Source: Octopus bimaculoides
Taxonomy: Eukaryota
DNA length: 50,413 nt
Reading direction: 5' to 3'
NCBI RefSeq assembly: GCF_001194135.2
Contig: NC_068982.1
Span: forward strand, 20,928,394 to 20,978,806
Both the position numbers and the translations under genes were made by a program. Shown in pieces: positions 37,202 through 49,494 of this stretch (within the stretch, counting starts at the first letter, position 1; each line of letters opens with the position of its first letter). The notes beneath the pieces were generated by a model. It was not told the DNA's origin, ran no database searches, and was given only the letters and a program-made list of their open reading frames with translations.

Positions 37202-38754
37202 TGATATTATTAAAAGAAAATATACAATCTAGGAATTTCAATAACTAATTAAATTACATATAGCTTCCCACATATTAATTTGTAAAACGAATGTATGCTT
37301 TGTAATAAATTCTACACCAGTATAAATGATAAAAGACAACAAAAGATAGAAATGACATATACAAAAGCAATGTTTTTCAGTTAGACAACAAAATTAAACA
37401 AATATGAAAGTAGATGGACAGAGGCTTGAGCAATTAAACACTTTATTTAAAGAAAATGATATATCAGGATGTTGTGTAGAAAAACGTATTCAAAGAATAT
37501 ATTATATTAAAATATTATGGGAATGAAAATGTCTTCACCTCAAAAGTCATTGCACCTAAAATTGAATTGTAATAATCATGTTAGACGTTACCTGCTAGGC
37601 AGAAAAAAAGAATACTATACGCAAAACAGAAGGAAAGTGAGAAGTCTGTCCCAGTTTGGATAGTGACAACAGTGTAGAAAATATTGCCGTACTCGAAAAT
37701 ACGTACACACAAAGGCATATTATCGAGAATAGAGTCCACAACAGCATTATATCTCCCGTATATAATGCTCCACAGTCTTTGGAAAACACACCTTAGTTAA
37801 ATATATATACAATGGAAGAGAGGAGACAGAAGAGACCATCTAAGATATTTGTATACTGATATCAATGTATGAACTGGAAATACGAAGCTGGCTGTACGTA
37901 TGTATGTAGCACAATTATTAAAGGAGTTATGAACTAACTTGTTGAGACAAAGAGGGCACATGACTGATTGTTGAGGCACCAGTAGTTCTCGGGGGATCTT
38001 TACCGTGACATCTTTTAGCTGCATTGATTATGCGTACATTTATTTACTTAGATGTTAGCTTGAAAGCGGCATAGAATCTCAGAACCAGAATTTCAAAACG
38101 ATCCCTGTTTAAAGCAAATTTTGCCCTATTCAAGTACGTAATATACTCAGATCAATGGGGGAATATCATAGGAAACAAACTTGTAATTGATCAAACACGT
38201 ATAATGGCCGATATCAGATTCGAAATCATATTTATTATACCTCCGACAACATTTTGGCATTAGAATGAATATTATAACACCAGATCTACGTGAAAGCTAC
38301 CTTTCTCTCGCTAAGTATATATGATTTTAGTAAGGGCGGTTTTCAAATTAAAGGATCTGTACTCTGGAAATTTTAGTCTTTACGCACATTTTGGTACAAA
38401 TACCTGATGTTCCACTTGAGGTGAAGAAAATATTTCAGATCTTAGTTCTTAACCTGTTCAGCTGTAATACACAATAAATACTGTCACGAAAATGGGTACT
38501 AAGACATATGTACAGACATAGTAGAACTAGTTCAACTTATTAGCATCCCATTTATTCACGAGCATAAACCTATATACCTACTAATTTCGCGCTTTCTTTC
38601 ATCTCCTAACATCTGCTAGTTACAAAAAGTTTGACAGCGGCGCAGTGTAACACAGCATTAACTGAAGTTTCTCGTCGCCCTAATAAATTACAACTTGGTT
38701 TCGAATGAGATTCGTACAGAGATTCTAACCAGATATTTGCATAATAATTGTATG

Positions 38755-38940
38755 TTGCACAAAATGTTTCGCAGCATTTCATCTCTCTTCCCGTTCTGAG
38801 TTCCAATTCCACCGAGGTCATCTTTTCCTTTCATCCTTTCGGGGTTGATAAAATAAATATTAGTCGAACACTGGGGTCGATGTAATCGACTTATTCCTTC
38901 CCCAAAATTGCTGGCATTGAGCCAAAATTTGAAATCAATA
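38755..38940 (+). mobile_element. SINE family 1, 5'-degenerate
   Basis: GTTCTGAGTTCCAATTCCACCGAGGTC..CTTTCATCCTTTCGGGGTTGATAAAATAA..ACTGGGGTCGATGTAATCGAC..CCAAAATTGCTGGC. Confidence 0.88.
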
Positions 38941-39749
38941 TTTTTATGTCACTACGCATGTCGAACAGGGAAATATACCGTTTAAAATAAAACTTGTTGA
39001 TTACATATCAATGAAAAAAGCAGTAGTATACAGATTTTGAAATGTGTTTAATGCTGAAAGGAAGAACAGAGTATATAATCGCTATATGATACGGTAAAAG
39101 GCACTTCTTAATCGAAAACTCTTGTCTACAAACACGAACGAGTGTGGAGTATATTGAATATTGATAGACTCATACCTAGGTGATCAAAATATGGTATCGG
39201 ATTGCATTGCATCAAAGAATAATATTTCTGATAGAAATCGTGCTTAGACCGTTGTTAAGGCGTGTAGTTAGCCTTTTGTTAGATATAAAACGTGTATTAT
39301 TGATAAACAGTTTCAGTGGACAATCTAACGTTTTATCATCTCATCAATACCGAATTATGAAATCTTCTATAGCTGTGTATTACTATGAGAATTCGGCTAC
39401 ATGATATATGCTACAAAAACCCATTTTCCGTTAACGTTTTGCACTGCTGTTTTGCAGTGCAGATGATAATTGCGCATTAATCAATCTTAAGCTGACGCCG
39501 AATATATGAGAAGGCATTAATAGACATATATACATATATGTATTGCACAGAATATACTAACAAAACATTTCGAGGATTTCCTCGAAAACTGGCATATTCG
39601 GAATGTTCTACAACGTGCAATAGAACATCTGAAACATAATTGTCAAATTTTCCTAGCAATAATAATTATTTTAAACCCTGATCAAACATTTTTAGCTTCC
39701 TTAGTTAATGCATGATTAATTTTACATATGGTTGTAGCAAACACATACA

Positions 39750-39811
<62 letters not shown>

Positions 39812-40419
39812 CACATGTTTGTTTGTGTGTGTGTGAGTGTATATATATTTGTATGTCTGTATATATAAATATACATATGTATTATCCATATGTTGGCAAA
39901 ATATTAGAATTAGTTGGAAGAAATATAATCTCATGTCTAAAATTGTCAAAACTTTGAGTCAATACTATGTATAAAATCTCGCATTACGATTTTTCATGTA
40001 AGCTTTTTTTTATCCATTTTGAAGGATGTCTGTAGAGAAAATACTGACGTATATTACTGCAAGAATTTGTCTTATGGGCAGAACAACATTTCAGCTCGAT
40101 TGACAAAACTTATTTTATGACAAGTCGTATGTCATAGATGAATTTCTGAATTTGAATTCTTAATCTTACAATATAAAGCATTAGTGTTTTGCTTTCGTTT
40201 GGATGTTCGTTGCTATAATATATTATAGAAAATCCCAATGTCATATCCATTCAAATCAGATTTTGGTTAGGTAGCTTAGATTACCTTCTTTGTCAATCAG
40301 TTTCTTTATTTCTTTCTGAAATATATAAATATGAAAAATCATTGTATTATATTGTGGATAGCTTGTTTCCCTTCAAGCAAAATATTAGTGAAGTGATTTA
40401 AAGAAAAAAATTAAGGGAC

Positions 40420-40915
40420 AATACTTAACTTAGGTTTCCGCCAGTATAGGCCCAGGCCTTGTATAACTAAATAGCACCACCCGGTGACGTATCTTTTAGA
40501 TCGTGATTCACACCCCAGACATATATGGGAAACCATAGTCCACCCTAGCAAAGAGCTATTATTGTTGAAGTCATATCCGTGTGCAGGAGGTTGGTCCGAG
40601 AATTTTTTGAGAAATGTGTCCAGTGAACATTTGAATTTTATGGGATCTGTTTCGTTTTGATGTATTTTTGTATAATAACAAAGAGAGTTGGAACCGTTTA
40701 CGTAAAGTAGCTCTGTCATAATATTGATATGCGTCTGAGTTCGATGTTTGCAGTTAGTGGATAGTACGGGGACCAAGTCTTGGGTGGATTTTAAAATTGA
40801 TGTCAACATCATTTGTGCAATATTGATGGAATATTTTCCGCATCACACAAATGATGTAGCAGTATTTACTGCAAATAGCATTCGATACAAATACGACGCT
40901 ATTGTAAAGCTTCAC
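40420..40915 (-). mobile_element. CR1/L2-type LINE 3' end (same family as 22505-23460)
   Basis: CVMRKIFHQYCTNDVDINFKIHPRLGPRTI and ETDPIKFKCSLDTFLKKFSDQPPAHGY..NNSSLLGW. Confidence 0.85.
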
Positions 40916-40953
40916 TGCGAATATATTTACACACAGACACACACATATATATA

Positions 40954-41212
40954 CAGGAGTGGCGAGTGGCTATGTGGTAAGGGGCTTCCTTCTCAACCAT
41001 ATACTTCCGGGTTCAGTATCACAGCATGACACCTTCAGTAAGTCTCTTCTATATTAGCCTCGGACCCACAAAAGCCCTCTGAGTGGGTTTAGTAGACGGA
41101 AACTGAAAGAAGACTGTTGTATATGCATGTATATATACCTATATTTGTGTCTTTGTGTCTGTATTTGACCCCCCCCCATCATCCCTTGGTGTTGGTGCTT
41201 TTACGTTCCCGT
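40954..41212 (+). mobile_element. SINE family 2, 5' two-thirds
   Basis: GAGTGGCTATGTGGTAAG A-box-like head, CCGGGTTCAGT B-box, core TGAGTGGGTTTAGTAGACGGAAACTGAAAGAAG; ends in (GTA)n. Confidence 0.85.
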
Positions 41213-41247
<35 letters not shown>

Positions 41248-41365
41248 ACAGTTGTGTTGCATATTTGACAACTGTACTGAAATGATTAAATTTATATTTT
41301 GAATTCTCTCCGATGGGCTCCAGCAGGCTGAATCTTGCGAACTGCATTTTGACCAATCAGTATGT

Positions 41366-41530
41366 GGCTTAGATGTCACGGTTTGGTGAGCGCGTCAGCT
41401 AAGTTCTAACTTTATTTCGACCGCTAAGTATGTCATGGTTTGGTGAATGCGCATTTATCCTGCTTTTTTTTTCAACGAACTATTTTAGTAATTGGTGTGC
41501 GGCTTAGACGTCACGGTTTGGTGGACACGT
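41366..41530 (+). repeat. Three spaced copies of a GTCA(C/T)GGTTTGGTG motif
   Basis: Copies near 41376-41389, 41432-41445 and 41509-41522; copies 1 and 3 extend to GGCTTAGA(T/C)GTCACGGTTTGGTG. Confidence 0.85.
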
Positions 41531-41623
41531 CAAAGATTCTTTACTTTGACCGCACCTAAAAAGATAATTATTTAGTTATATTTAGAAATATTGTAAACAA
41601 CATTTCTGTATTCATTGAATTAT

Positions 41624-42311
41624 ATTGCTAATATTCCAATAATTTTCCAGACATTTTACATTTCAATGAAGTCAATGTTGATATGGTTAACACTATCTTC
41701 ATCACCATCACCTTTATTATTATTGTTGATTTCCGTCAGATCGCTTTAAGCAAACATCTGGCAACATGTGACCAGAAAATATTTAAGCATTCCCATTCTA
41801 CAAACTAGACAACTCAATTGAAGTCGAGAGAAAAGTCAAAGAAAAGAATATTATTGATAAATGCAAACCTGTTTTAAATGGACAATTGAAATGTACTTTT
41901 TGGTTATCTCATCCCCATTAAAAAATTGCCATCTCCCCCTAGAAAATTGTGCTTATGTAGCAACAAGAGATTGGCTCAAAACGGACTAGATCCTTTTTAT
42001 TCAACACATTGTTGACTTTTCGGCTCTTCAATAGGCATGGTATGATTTGTTAGAAAACTGTTATTAGATTCTCTAAGATGTTTAATCTTTTCAGTTTCAT
42101 GTTTATTAACTTTCTCAGTTTTTGTTTTGTTTTGTTGAGGGTTAAACAATTGTTTTAGTTGGGAGTGATAACCAAAAGTACTAATATCTTGCATAAAACG
42201 TGGGGAGATAACCCAATTTTTTAATGAGGGTGAGATAATCAAAACATACCAATAATGTTAATAGTTATACTAACGGTGATAGCTGTAATGCTGATAATAC
42301 TAATAACGATA

Positions 42312-42366
<55 letters not shown>

Positions 42367-42466
42367 TCAACAGCAAAAATTATAAAGGTGATGGTGATGA
42401 AGATTGTATCAACATTGATTTGATTGAAATGTAAATTTTCTAGAAAACAGTAGGAATAATAGCAAT
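41624..42466. repeat. Diverged inverted repeat pair (41624-41730 and 42366-42466)
   Basis: TTTACATTTCAATGAAGTCAATGTTGAT..TCTTCATCACCATCACCTTTAT vs ATAAAGGTGATGGTGATGAAGA..ATCAACATTGATTTGATTGAAATGTAAA. Confidence 0.9.
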
Positions 42467-42900
42467 TCGGTACACATGTACCGAACATTTCTTTCTACAT
42501 GATTCTAATGTGGTATATTTAGGATATTTGTATAACTTCCTTGTTTTTCACTGTTTGCACGATTATATCTTAGCTGTAAATAAATCAACTTAATTAGTTG
42601 TAAAAGTTCTCTTGCTTCTAATTGTGACATGCACACTGAATTCCGTCCATATTGCACAAACAATTTCGAAAGGTAACCAGAGCAAATCCACTTTTACAGT
42701 ATTAAGTTTCAGCGTAACTTCTTAAATGTCGCATAAAGTTATGTTTGGTCTGTGTGCAATATTGTGTTTTGTGTAGATTCATTCGGTTTTACTCATGGGG
42801 ATATCAAATTGATAGCCTGAGATATTTTTTGTGTTGGTAATGTTCTTTGTCAACAACTTTTAACCTTTGCATTATGTATTTTACACATAATTTTTCTAAC

Positions 42901-43112
42901 GCGGCGAGCTGGCAGAATCGTTAGCAAGCCGGGCGAACTGCTTAGCGGTATTTTTTGTCTGTCTTTACGTTGAGTTCAAATTCCGCCGAGATCGACTGTG
43001 CCTTTCATCCTTTCAGGGTCGATAAATTAAGTACCAGTTGATTACCGAGGTCGATGCAATTGACTGGCCCGCTCCCCCAAAATTTTGGGCCTTGTGTCTA
43101 GAGTAGAAAAGA
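42901..43112 (+). mobile_element. SINE family 1, full length (first of a tandem pair)
   Basis: GCGGCGAGCTGGCAGAATCGTTAGC head to GAGTAGAAAAGAA tail. Confidence 0.94.
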
Positions 43113-43127
43113 ATATATGATCTTTTT

Positions 43128-43342
43128 AAGGCGGCGAGCTAGCAGAAACGTTAGCACGCCGGGCTAAATGCTTAGAGGTATTTCGTCTGTCTTTACGTTC
43201 TGAGTTCAAATTCCACCGAGGTCGACTTTGCCTTTCACCCTTCGGGATCGAATAACTAAGAACCAGTTGCGTACTGGGTGTGGATCTAATCGACTGGCCC
43301 CGTCCCCAAGATTTTCGGGCCTTGTGCCTAAATTAGAAAAGA
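43128..43342 (+). mobile_element. SINE family 1, full length (second of a tandem pair)
   Basis: AAGGCGGCGAGCTAGCAGAAACGTTAGCACGCCGGGC head to AAATTAGAAAAGAC tail. Confidence 0.94.
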
Positions 43343-45864
43343 CTATATAATCTTACTTTTCCTTCAAAGTGTGTATACGCTATGATAGTGACTGTATATT
43401 TCCAAGTAATTTGTTTATGGTATTTAAAAGAAATTTCAAAGGTGTCAACTAAATTTTTTGATGACAGTAATTATGTTTCGTTAAGTTACATCACAATATA
43501 TCTTAATGCATAAATTGTTGTACTCTAGTAATAATTTATTCGCAAGAAAGACTTTGCCCTGAGACTATGATAATTTATTTATCACATCCTCTAAAATTAC
43601 TAGACTTGTGCAAATTTTTCTAACAATTATAGAAGGCCACAATCATGATATGTAACTAAAATCCTATGTGCTCTATCATTCAGTTATTTAATAATTATTT
43701 CTCTTTAGCTGTAGCCAATGCAGCATTTCGACAGGACATTATAAGACCTATACAACACTTCTACATTGTGGTTTCGTTGAGTATAACTGCTTGCATTTCA
43801 CGGAACGTGTCTGCTTAGAGCAGATGAGAGCTGTACTGATTAACAATCCAGAAACATAGAATATTTTTACTATCTTATTAAAGAGGAGCATATCAATAAA
43901 TTTTGTAGATGTTATGTGATTCTACCAGCCTTGCAGAACAAACGATCGGTTATTCATTAACACTATAGTAATCTGATCTACAGTAATGAAACTTCTTATG
44001 AGTTCTGTTATTCTGTAGTATAATATTTTGAGGAAATATTTTAAAATTATTCTCAGAAGAATTAGTTATCTGCAAGATGTGTTACTTGCTACTATTTCCA
44101 ACCAGTAAGCACCATTGTACAACATTGCAGCATACCTAATAGTAGCCTAGGGAAATTTAGTTGTTTTCAGTACTTTAACTTATCCAATTTCGCAACTATT
44201 TAAAGCATGTTTTGAGTCAGATACTGCAATGTCTCTTGTAGGTTTAGTTTCAATTATTACTATTCGATGCCATAATTTTCCATTAATAGTATCGATGATA
44301 AGTATATTTTGAAGGAGGTCATGCACGCATACAGTATATCTCTGAGAACGAGAGTTACACGTTTTCAAATTACTTAGAGAGAAGAGCACCGAATGTTAGC
44401 TGCAACTTGAAAATGGATCGAAATCCATGTGCATAAATATGTACGTTTAAGGATTACCATTAAAACACAGAATGACAGTATTCCTATTTTCCCATGTGGT
44501 CTTCCAATTATATATTTATACGCAATTCTTTGCTTCACATCTGAAACTGAAATTAAAAATATAATTTAATTTGTTGTAGTTATTTTATCCTCAATGATAA
44601 AACTGCATATTATCTTATATATTCTGTGGATTTCATTTTCAAATTATCTGGAAGTCGTTCTAACGTTCGCATTTGTAAAATAATCTTTACTTCGTCTTTC
44701 CACTAAAGCATTCGAGTTTATTCATACTTTCTATAGTAAATATAAGTTCAACTATACATTCGTTTGATATTATTTCAGGTAGTATCATCTATTATAAACT
44801 GTTGTTTTGCTAACTTTAGTATTTTTATTAGCTTTCTATAACACAATTTTTCAATGTTTTTTCCGGTAATGCTGATTTCCGTCAGCTGAAACGAACCTCT
44901 TATTCAAATGCGTTAGGAATTTTCATTTGTCGAGAGTATAGTGAATACATGTTATCTCACTTATAAATTTGGGTAGTGAAATCATAGTTCATAATTTTTA
45001 TTTCTACCTTTCTTGTAATGTCCCTATTTCAACGATTGTAGTTAAATGTTTTCTGTACAGACTACATACACTTTTATTCTCAGCTCCTGCTATAAATGTT
45101 AACGATTCGTTTATTGCCATCATCGTTTCTTGTCTGAACGGAATGTGTTCGAAGTCTTAGAGCAAGAAAAGCTATAACTGATGCCACTAATGAGATCAGC
45201 AACTCCGTATTTCATGATAGCAGAATCTATAAAACAATAGTTAAGCACCTCGTTAACAGTAATACGATCATCATCATCTGTATTATCACTGACGGACCAT
45301 CAACATTCTTGCACTAATTGACAACATTTTCAAAATCGCTAAGTAACTTGTAAACATCACATCTTAAATGGCTTGCAAAGTGCATAGCACTCCGTCATCT
45401 ATACTTTGTTTACGGGGATGAACATTTTTTTTTTCTCTAGTACACTTCTAGAATGAGAACTGTATATTGAAATGTACGTTGAAATGTTACGAGTTTTAGG
45501 ACATCGTTTTCACGCACTATTTCAACTGTATATGACGATGTGTTTTATATAGTCTTTTATTCTGGTAAGGTTATGCTGTGAGTTTTGATGTTAGTGTTTC
45601 TTCATACATCGGTTATTGTTTTAGATAATTCATTTCTAGTGAAAACTAATTCTTTATTTAATACTATCATTAACCATGCCAATCTCCACCCGCCAAACTT
45701 ACCAGCTTTTACCTAAATCAAGATCTCTTGTATTTAGGAGAGTATATCCGGTTACTTTCTAAAATTGTTTTCTGTTTAGACTGAATATAAATTAGCATAA
45801 TATTGTGGTACAGATCATAAAAGAAATATTTGTCGACTTATTGGCGGGATGGTTGTTTGGTGGG

Positions 45865-46250
45865 TGGGTTGCTAATATGAATATAGTTACAGGAAGTTTT
45901 CTTCCCAACCATATGATTTTGATTTCTGCCTCACTGACATGGAATCTAAAGCATCTGTGTTTTATTATAATACAGTACCGGGCCGGTAAAATCCTTGCTT
46001 GTGGATTGGTAGACGGAAACTCATAGAATATGAATATTCCTAGGTCTTTGTACGCATTTATGTGTGGGCTATCGCCCTAATTCCTGACAATCGAAGTTGA
46101 TTTGTGGACGCCCCCATCAGAAGAAACCGGTAAATTAAGAAACAGGCTTTAACAAATTTAGTATTGTGTTATTGTGTTCGACAAAACTCTTCTGGAAGTG
46201 CTCCAGCATGGATACAACCAATGATTGAGGCAACTAAAAAAAGAAAAAAG
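45865..46250 (+). mobile_element. SINE family 2, old degenerate copy
   Basis: CCCAACCATATG, GTGGATTGGTAGACGGAAACT core and GTGCTCCAGCATGG 3' motif. Confidence 0.65.
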
Positions 46251-46708
46251 TTTTTGTCAGACGAACATTTCTTATTATATCCATGATTGTGTAACCTGAC
46301 TAGTTTAGTATAAATGTGCTAAATTGAACGTAGTTAAATATATTTCTGCTATATTGTAGGCGCGATGTTTTATTTTATTATTGGCAAGACAGTGCGATGC
46401 TAAAAGCATTAAAGAAATTTAATATACGATGGGTGTTGCAAATGAACACGTTGGCGTAATATGTTTTCTTTCCACATTACAGAGATGAAAAATATTATCA
46501 TGCATAAAGTGATTTTTTCCAAGGTGGATAGATAGCTACCAGCATTAATTATATCCTGCATCCCAATAGCATCCATTAAACGTGATATCACACAAAGAAA
46601 TAAGAATTGCATAATACATACATATTTACATACACACGCACACATGCATATATATATATATATATATATGTATATACACACAAACAGTTATACACACACA
46701 CACTCACA

Positions 46709-46763
<55 letters not shown>

Positions 46764-47351
46764 GTACGTGTGGGTGTGTGAGTGAATGTATATCTCATAT
46801 ATTAATGGAGTATAGCGGAATATAAAAATGAAACAGCAAGTGTTACAACAACAATCCATGATGTTTGCTACAGGTTTTCTTGGTGGATATTTGCATTTCG
46901 TTCTGACAGACCACTTAATTTCACGAATTTTTTCTAAGTTAGGAAAAACATATATATTGAATATATGAAATTATAAAAATGAGACAAGTGTATATAAACT
47001 GAAAGAGCCAAGAAGCAACATGAATTTCATTTTTTCCTTCGTGTAACAAACAAGAAAAGATGTTTTACCTATGTTTAGCCGAGATATTTGATTAAATACT
47101 TATTTTAACATCAAATGTGTCAAGTGATTAAAGAAGGTGATTCAATTCCTATGCTCGTAGAAAATTGTGCGCATCTGGGTAAAGTAAAATACTGATGAAA
47201 AATATAAATAAGCAGTATTATTAATAAGGAGAAGTAAATTATAGCATCATTACCAAAATCGAGCAACAAAACCACAACGAAATTAATCACAAAAATAAAA
47301 ATAATAGTCATAAAAATATTATGATTATTATCATAATACGACATTAATAAT

Positions 47352-47354
47352 AGA

Positions 47355-47435
<81 letters not shown>
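47352..47435. repeat. (AAT)n microsatellite
   Basis: Direct. Confidence 0.98.
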
Positions 47436-47451
47436 CAAAATAATATTATAA

Positions 47452-47575
47452 AACCCGCAATGATGAAAGGTGAAGTTCACCTCGGCGAAATTTAAGCTCA
47501 GAAAGAAAAGACGGACCAAATGACGCTAAGCATTTTTCAAAGAACGCTCATGATTCTGCCTGGTCGGCGCCTTAA
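47452..47575 (-). mobile_element. SINE family 1, 5' half
   Basis: Reverse complement: TAAGGCGCCGACCAGGCAGAATC..AAATGCTTAGC..TGAGCTTAAATTTCGCCGAGGTGAACTTCACCTTTCATC. Confidence 0.8.
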
Positions 47576-47812
47576 GTACATTATTACCATTATCATTATC
47601 GTTGTTGTCGATGTTGTTGTCGATGTTGTTGTTGTCGATGCTGTTGTGGTTACATGTTTTATCTTTTACTGGTTTGTTTGTCTTTAACGTCAAAACTTGC
47701 CTATATATTTCTATCGTGCTGTCTTTCTCCTATTTACTCTCTGTTCACCGTTCCAATCTATATTTCGTTGTATATATCCCCTAGTATGTATAAATATATA
47801 TATATAAATGTT

Positions 47813-47846
<34 letters not shown>

Positions 47847-47871
47847 CATATGTATATATATGTACACGCGC

Positions 47872-47902
<31 letters not shown>

Positions 47903-48038
47903 AGGATGTAAAGGAATTAGTGCATTACGTCCGTTTCAAGCAGGTCCATTTAATCGATCAATGCAAACATTACGTTGTTGTAGTCGTCGTCGTCGTCCTC
48001 GTCATCGTCATCGTCATTATTGTCGTCCCGCCATTATC

Positions 48039-48197
48039 TAAGGTGGGGAGCTGGCAGAGTCGTTCGCATTCTGCCGAGGTCGACTGCCATTCATCTTTTC
48101 GGTGTCGATAAAATAATCTCTAGTTGAACACTGGGGTCTATGTAATCGATTCTCCCCACAACTACAATTGCAGCTCTTGTGAAAGAAATTCAAACTA
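48039..48197 (+). mobile_element. SINE family 1, internally deleted
   Basis: TAAGGTGGGGAGCTGGCAGAGTCGTT joined to TCTGCCGAGGTCGAC..ACTGGGGTCTATGTAATCGA; (GTT)(ATT)n tail. Confidence 0.85.
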
Positions 48198-48206
48198 TTG
48201 TTGTTG

Positions 48207-48249
<43 letters not shown>

Positions 48250-48251
<2 letters not shown>

Positions 48252-49105
48252 GAACTTACAGCTTATATTGCTGGGAATGATGGAAAGTGTCAGCTGTCCA
48301 CAATCAGCAGACTAAGGTGACACATATTTATTGGTCATGTTCCAAGAACCCAGCTCCAAGCAATGCTTAATTTTTTAGGTGTTCTTCCTTCACAGTTGCA
48401 CCGATGTTTCTCAGCCATGCTGGTAGCTGAGTGCTGGTACTTCCAAGTGCAATAATTATTATTGGTATCATGTGTACTCTCTTCATTGATTACAACCTTC
48501 GTATTTCCCACTTTAAATCTTCATAGTTTATTTTTTCTTCTTTTTTCACATTGATCCTGTTGTCACCGAGGCAAGCTATATCGATTATCATAGATATTTC
48601 TATTTTATTCACAACAACAATGTCCCGTTTCTGATGTTTGGTCAGCTGATCACACTGGGCCATTGCAAAACCACATTATTTTGCCTTTCTCATTTTCGGT
48701 GATTCCTTCTGGCGTTTGCTCATACAACGTTGCTGCTCTTTGTAGGCTGTGATTTCCACAGAGCTCCTATTGGATCATTCTAGCCATATTGTCATGGCGT
48801 GGATTTATTCGCGTTGTGGCAATTTCGGGCATTCGCTAACGATGTGCCATACCTTTTCACCCTCCTCACCACACATTCTACGTTTGTCGCTCTCTGTAGT
48901 GTTGTAAATTCTGCACTTCATATAATTGATGCTTGACACTTGATGCTAAGATGCGCATATGAGTGCTTCTGTCTCTATCTTCAGAACACTCTTCCTCATC
49001 CATAGGCACCGGTCCTCTTTATCTTTCATGGCGTTCACATCTCTTTGAAACTGATCGTACAGTTCTGTTTTCATCCATGCTCTTTTTTTTTTGTTCCTTT
49101 CTTGT
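48250..49105 (-). mobile_element. R4/Dong-like retrotransposon 3' region, subfamily B, copy 3 (zinc knuckle + RLE)
   Basis: WMRKSVLKIETEALICA..NYMKCRIYNTTESDKRRMCGEEGEKVWHIVSECPKL (CCHC knuckle, first C lost), HDNMARMI..ELCG, DIVVVNK, YEDLKWEIRRL; the 3' end abuts the array at 48198-48250. Confidence 0.9.
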
Positions 49106-49139
49106 TTAAATCTTTCTTTACTGTTCTATATTTAAGAGA

Positions 49140-49312
49140 TTAGGAATTATGTACATTATTTAAGTTATTTACATTATTTACATTTAACGGATATTTGTCC
49201 TCATCTTGTTTGTTGTTAGCACAATGGTTCGGCTGATATTCCCTCCAGCCTGTATCAGGTATCTTCTGGAAATTTGGAACATGGATTCTCATTCCTAAGG
49301 TATTTTTCGATG
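49140..49312 (-). mobile_element. Penelope-like element terminal (pseudo-LTR) fragment containing a decayed hammerhead
   Basis: Minus strand: GATAC-CTGATAC-A-GGCTG-GAGGGAATAT-CAGCC-GAACC-ATT-GTGCT, with hammerhead topology and both conserved boxes mutated. Confidence 0.6.
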
Positions 49313-49377
<65 letters not shown>

Positions 49378-49379
49378 GC

Positions 49380-49436
<57 letters not shown>

Positions 49437-49437
49437 G

Positions 49438-49472
<35 letters not shown>

Positions 49473-49494
49473 TATTATCATTATTATTATTATA
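49313..49494. repeat. (ATT)n microsatellite followed by a SINE head remnant (49495-49520)
   Basis: Direct; GCGGCGAGCTAGCAGACTCGTTAGCAC follows the array. Confidence 0.95.
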
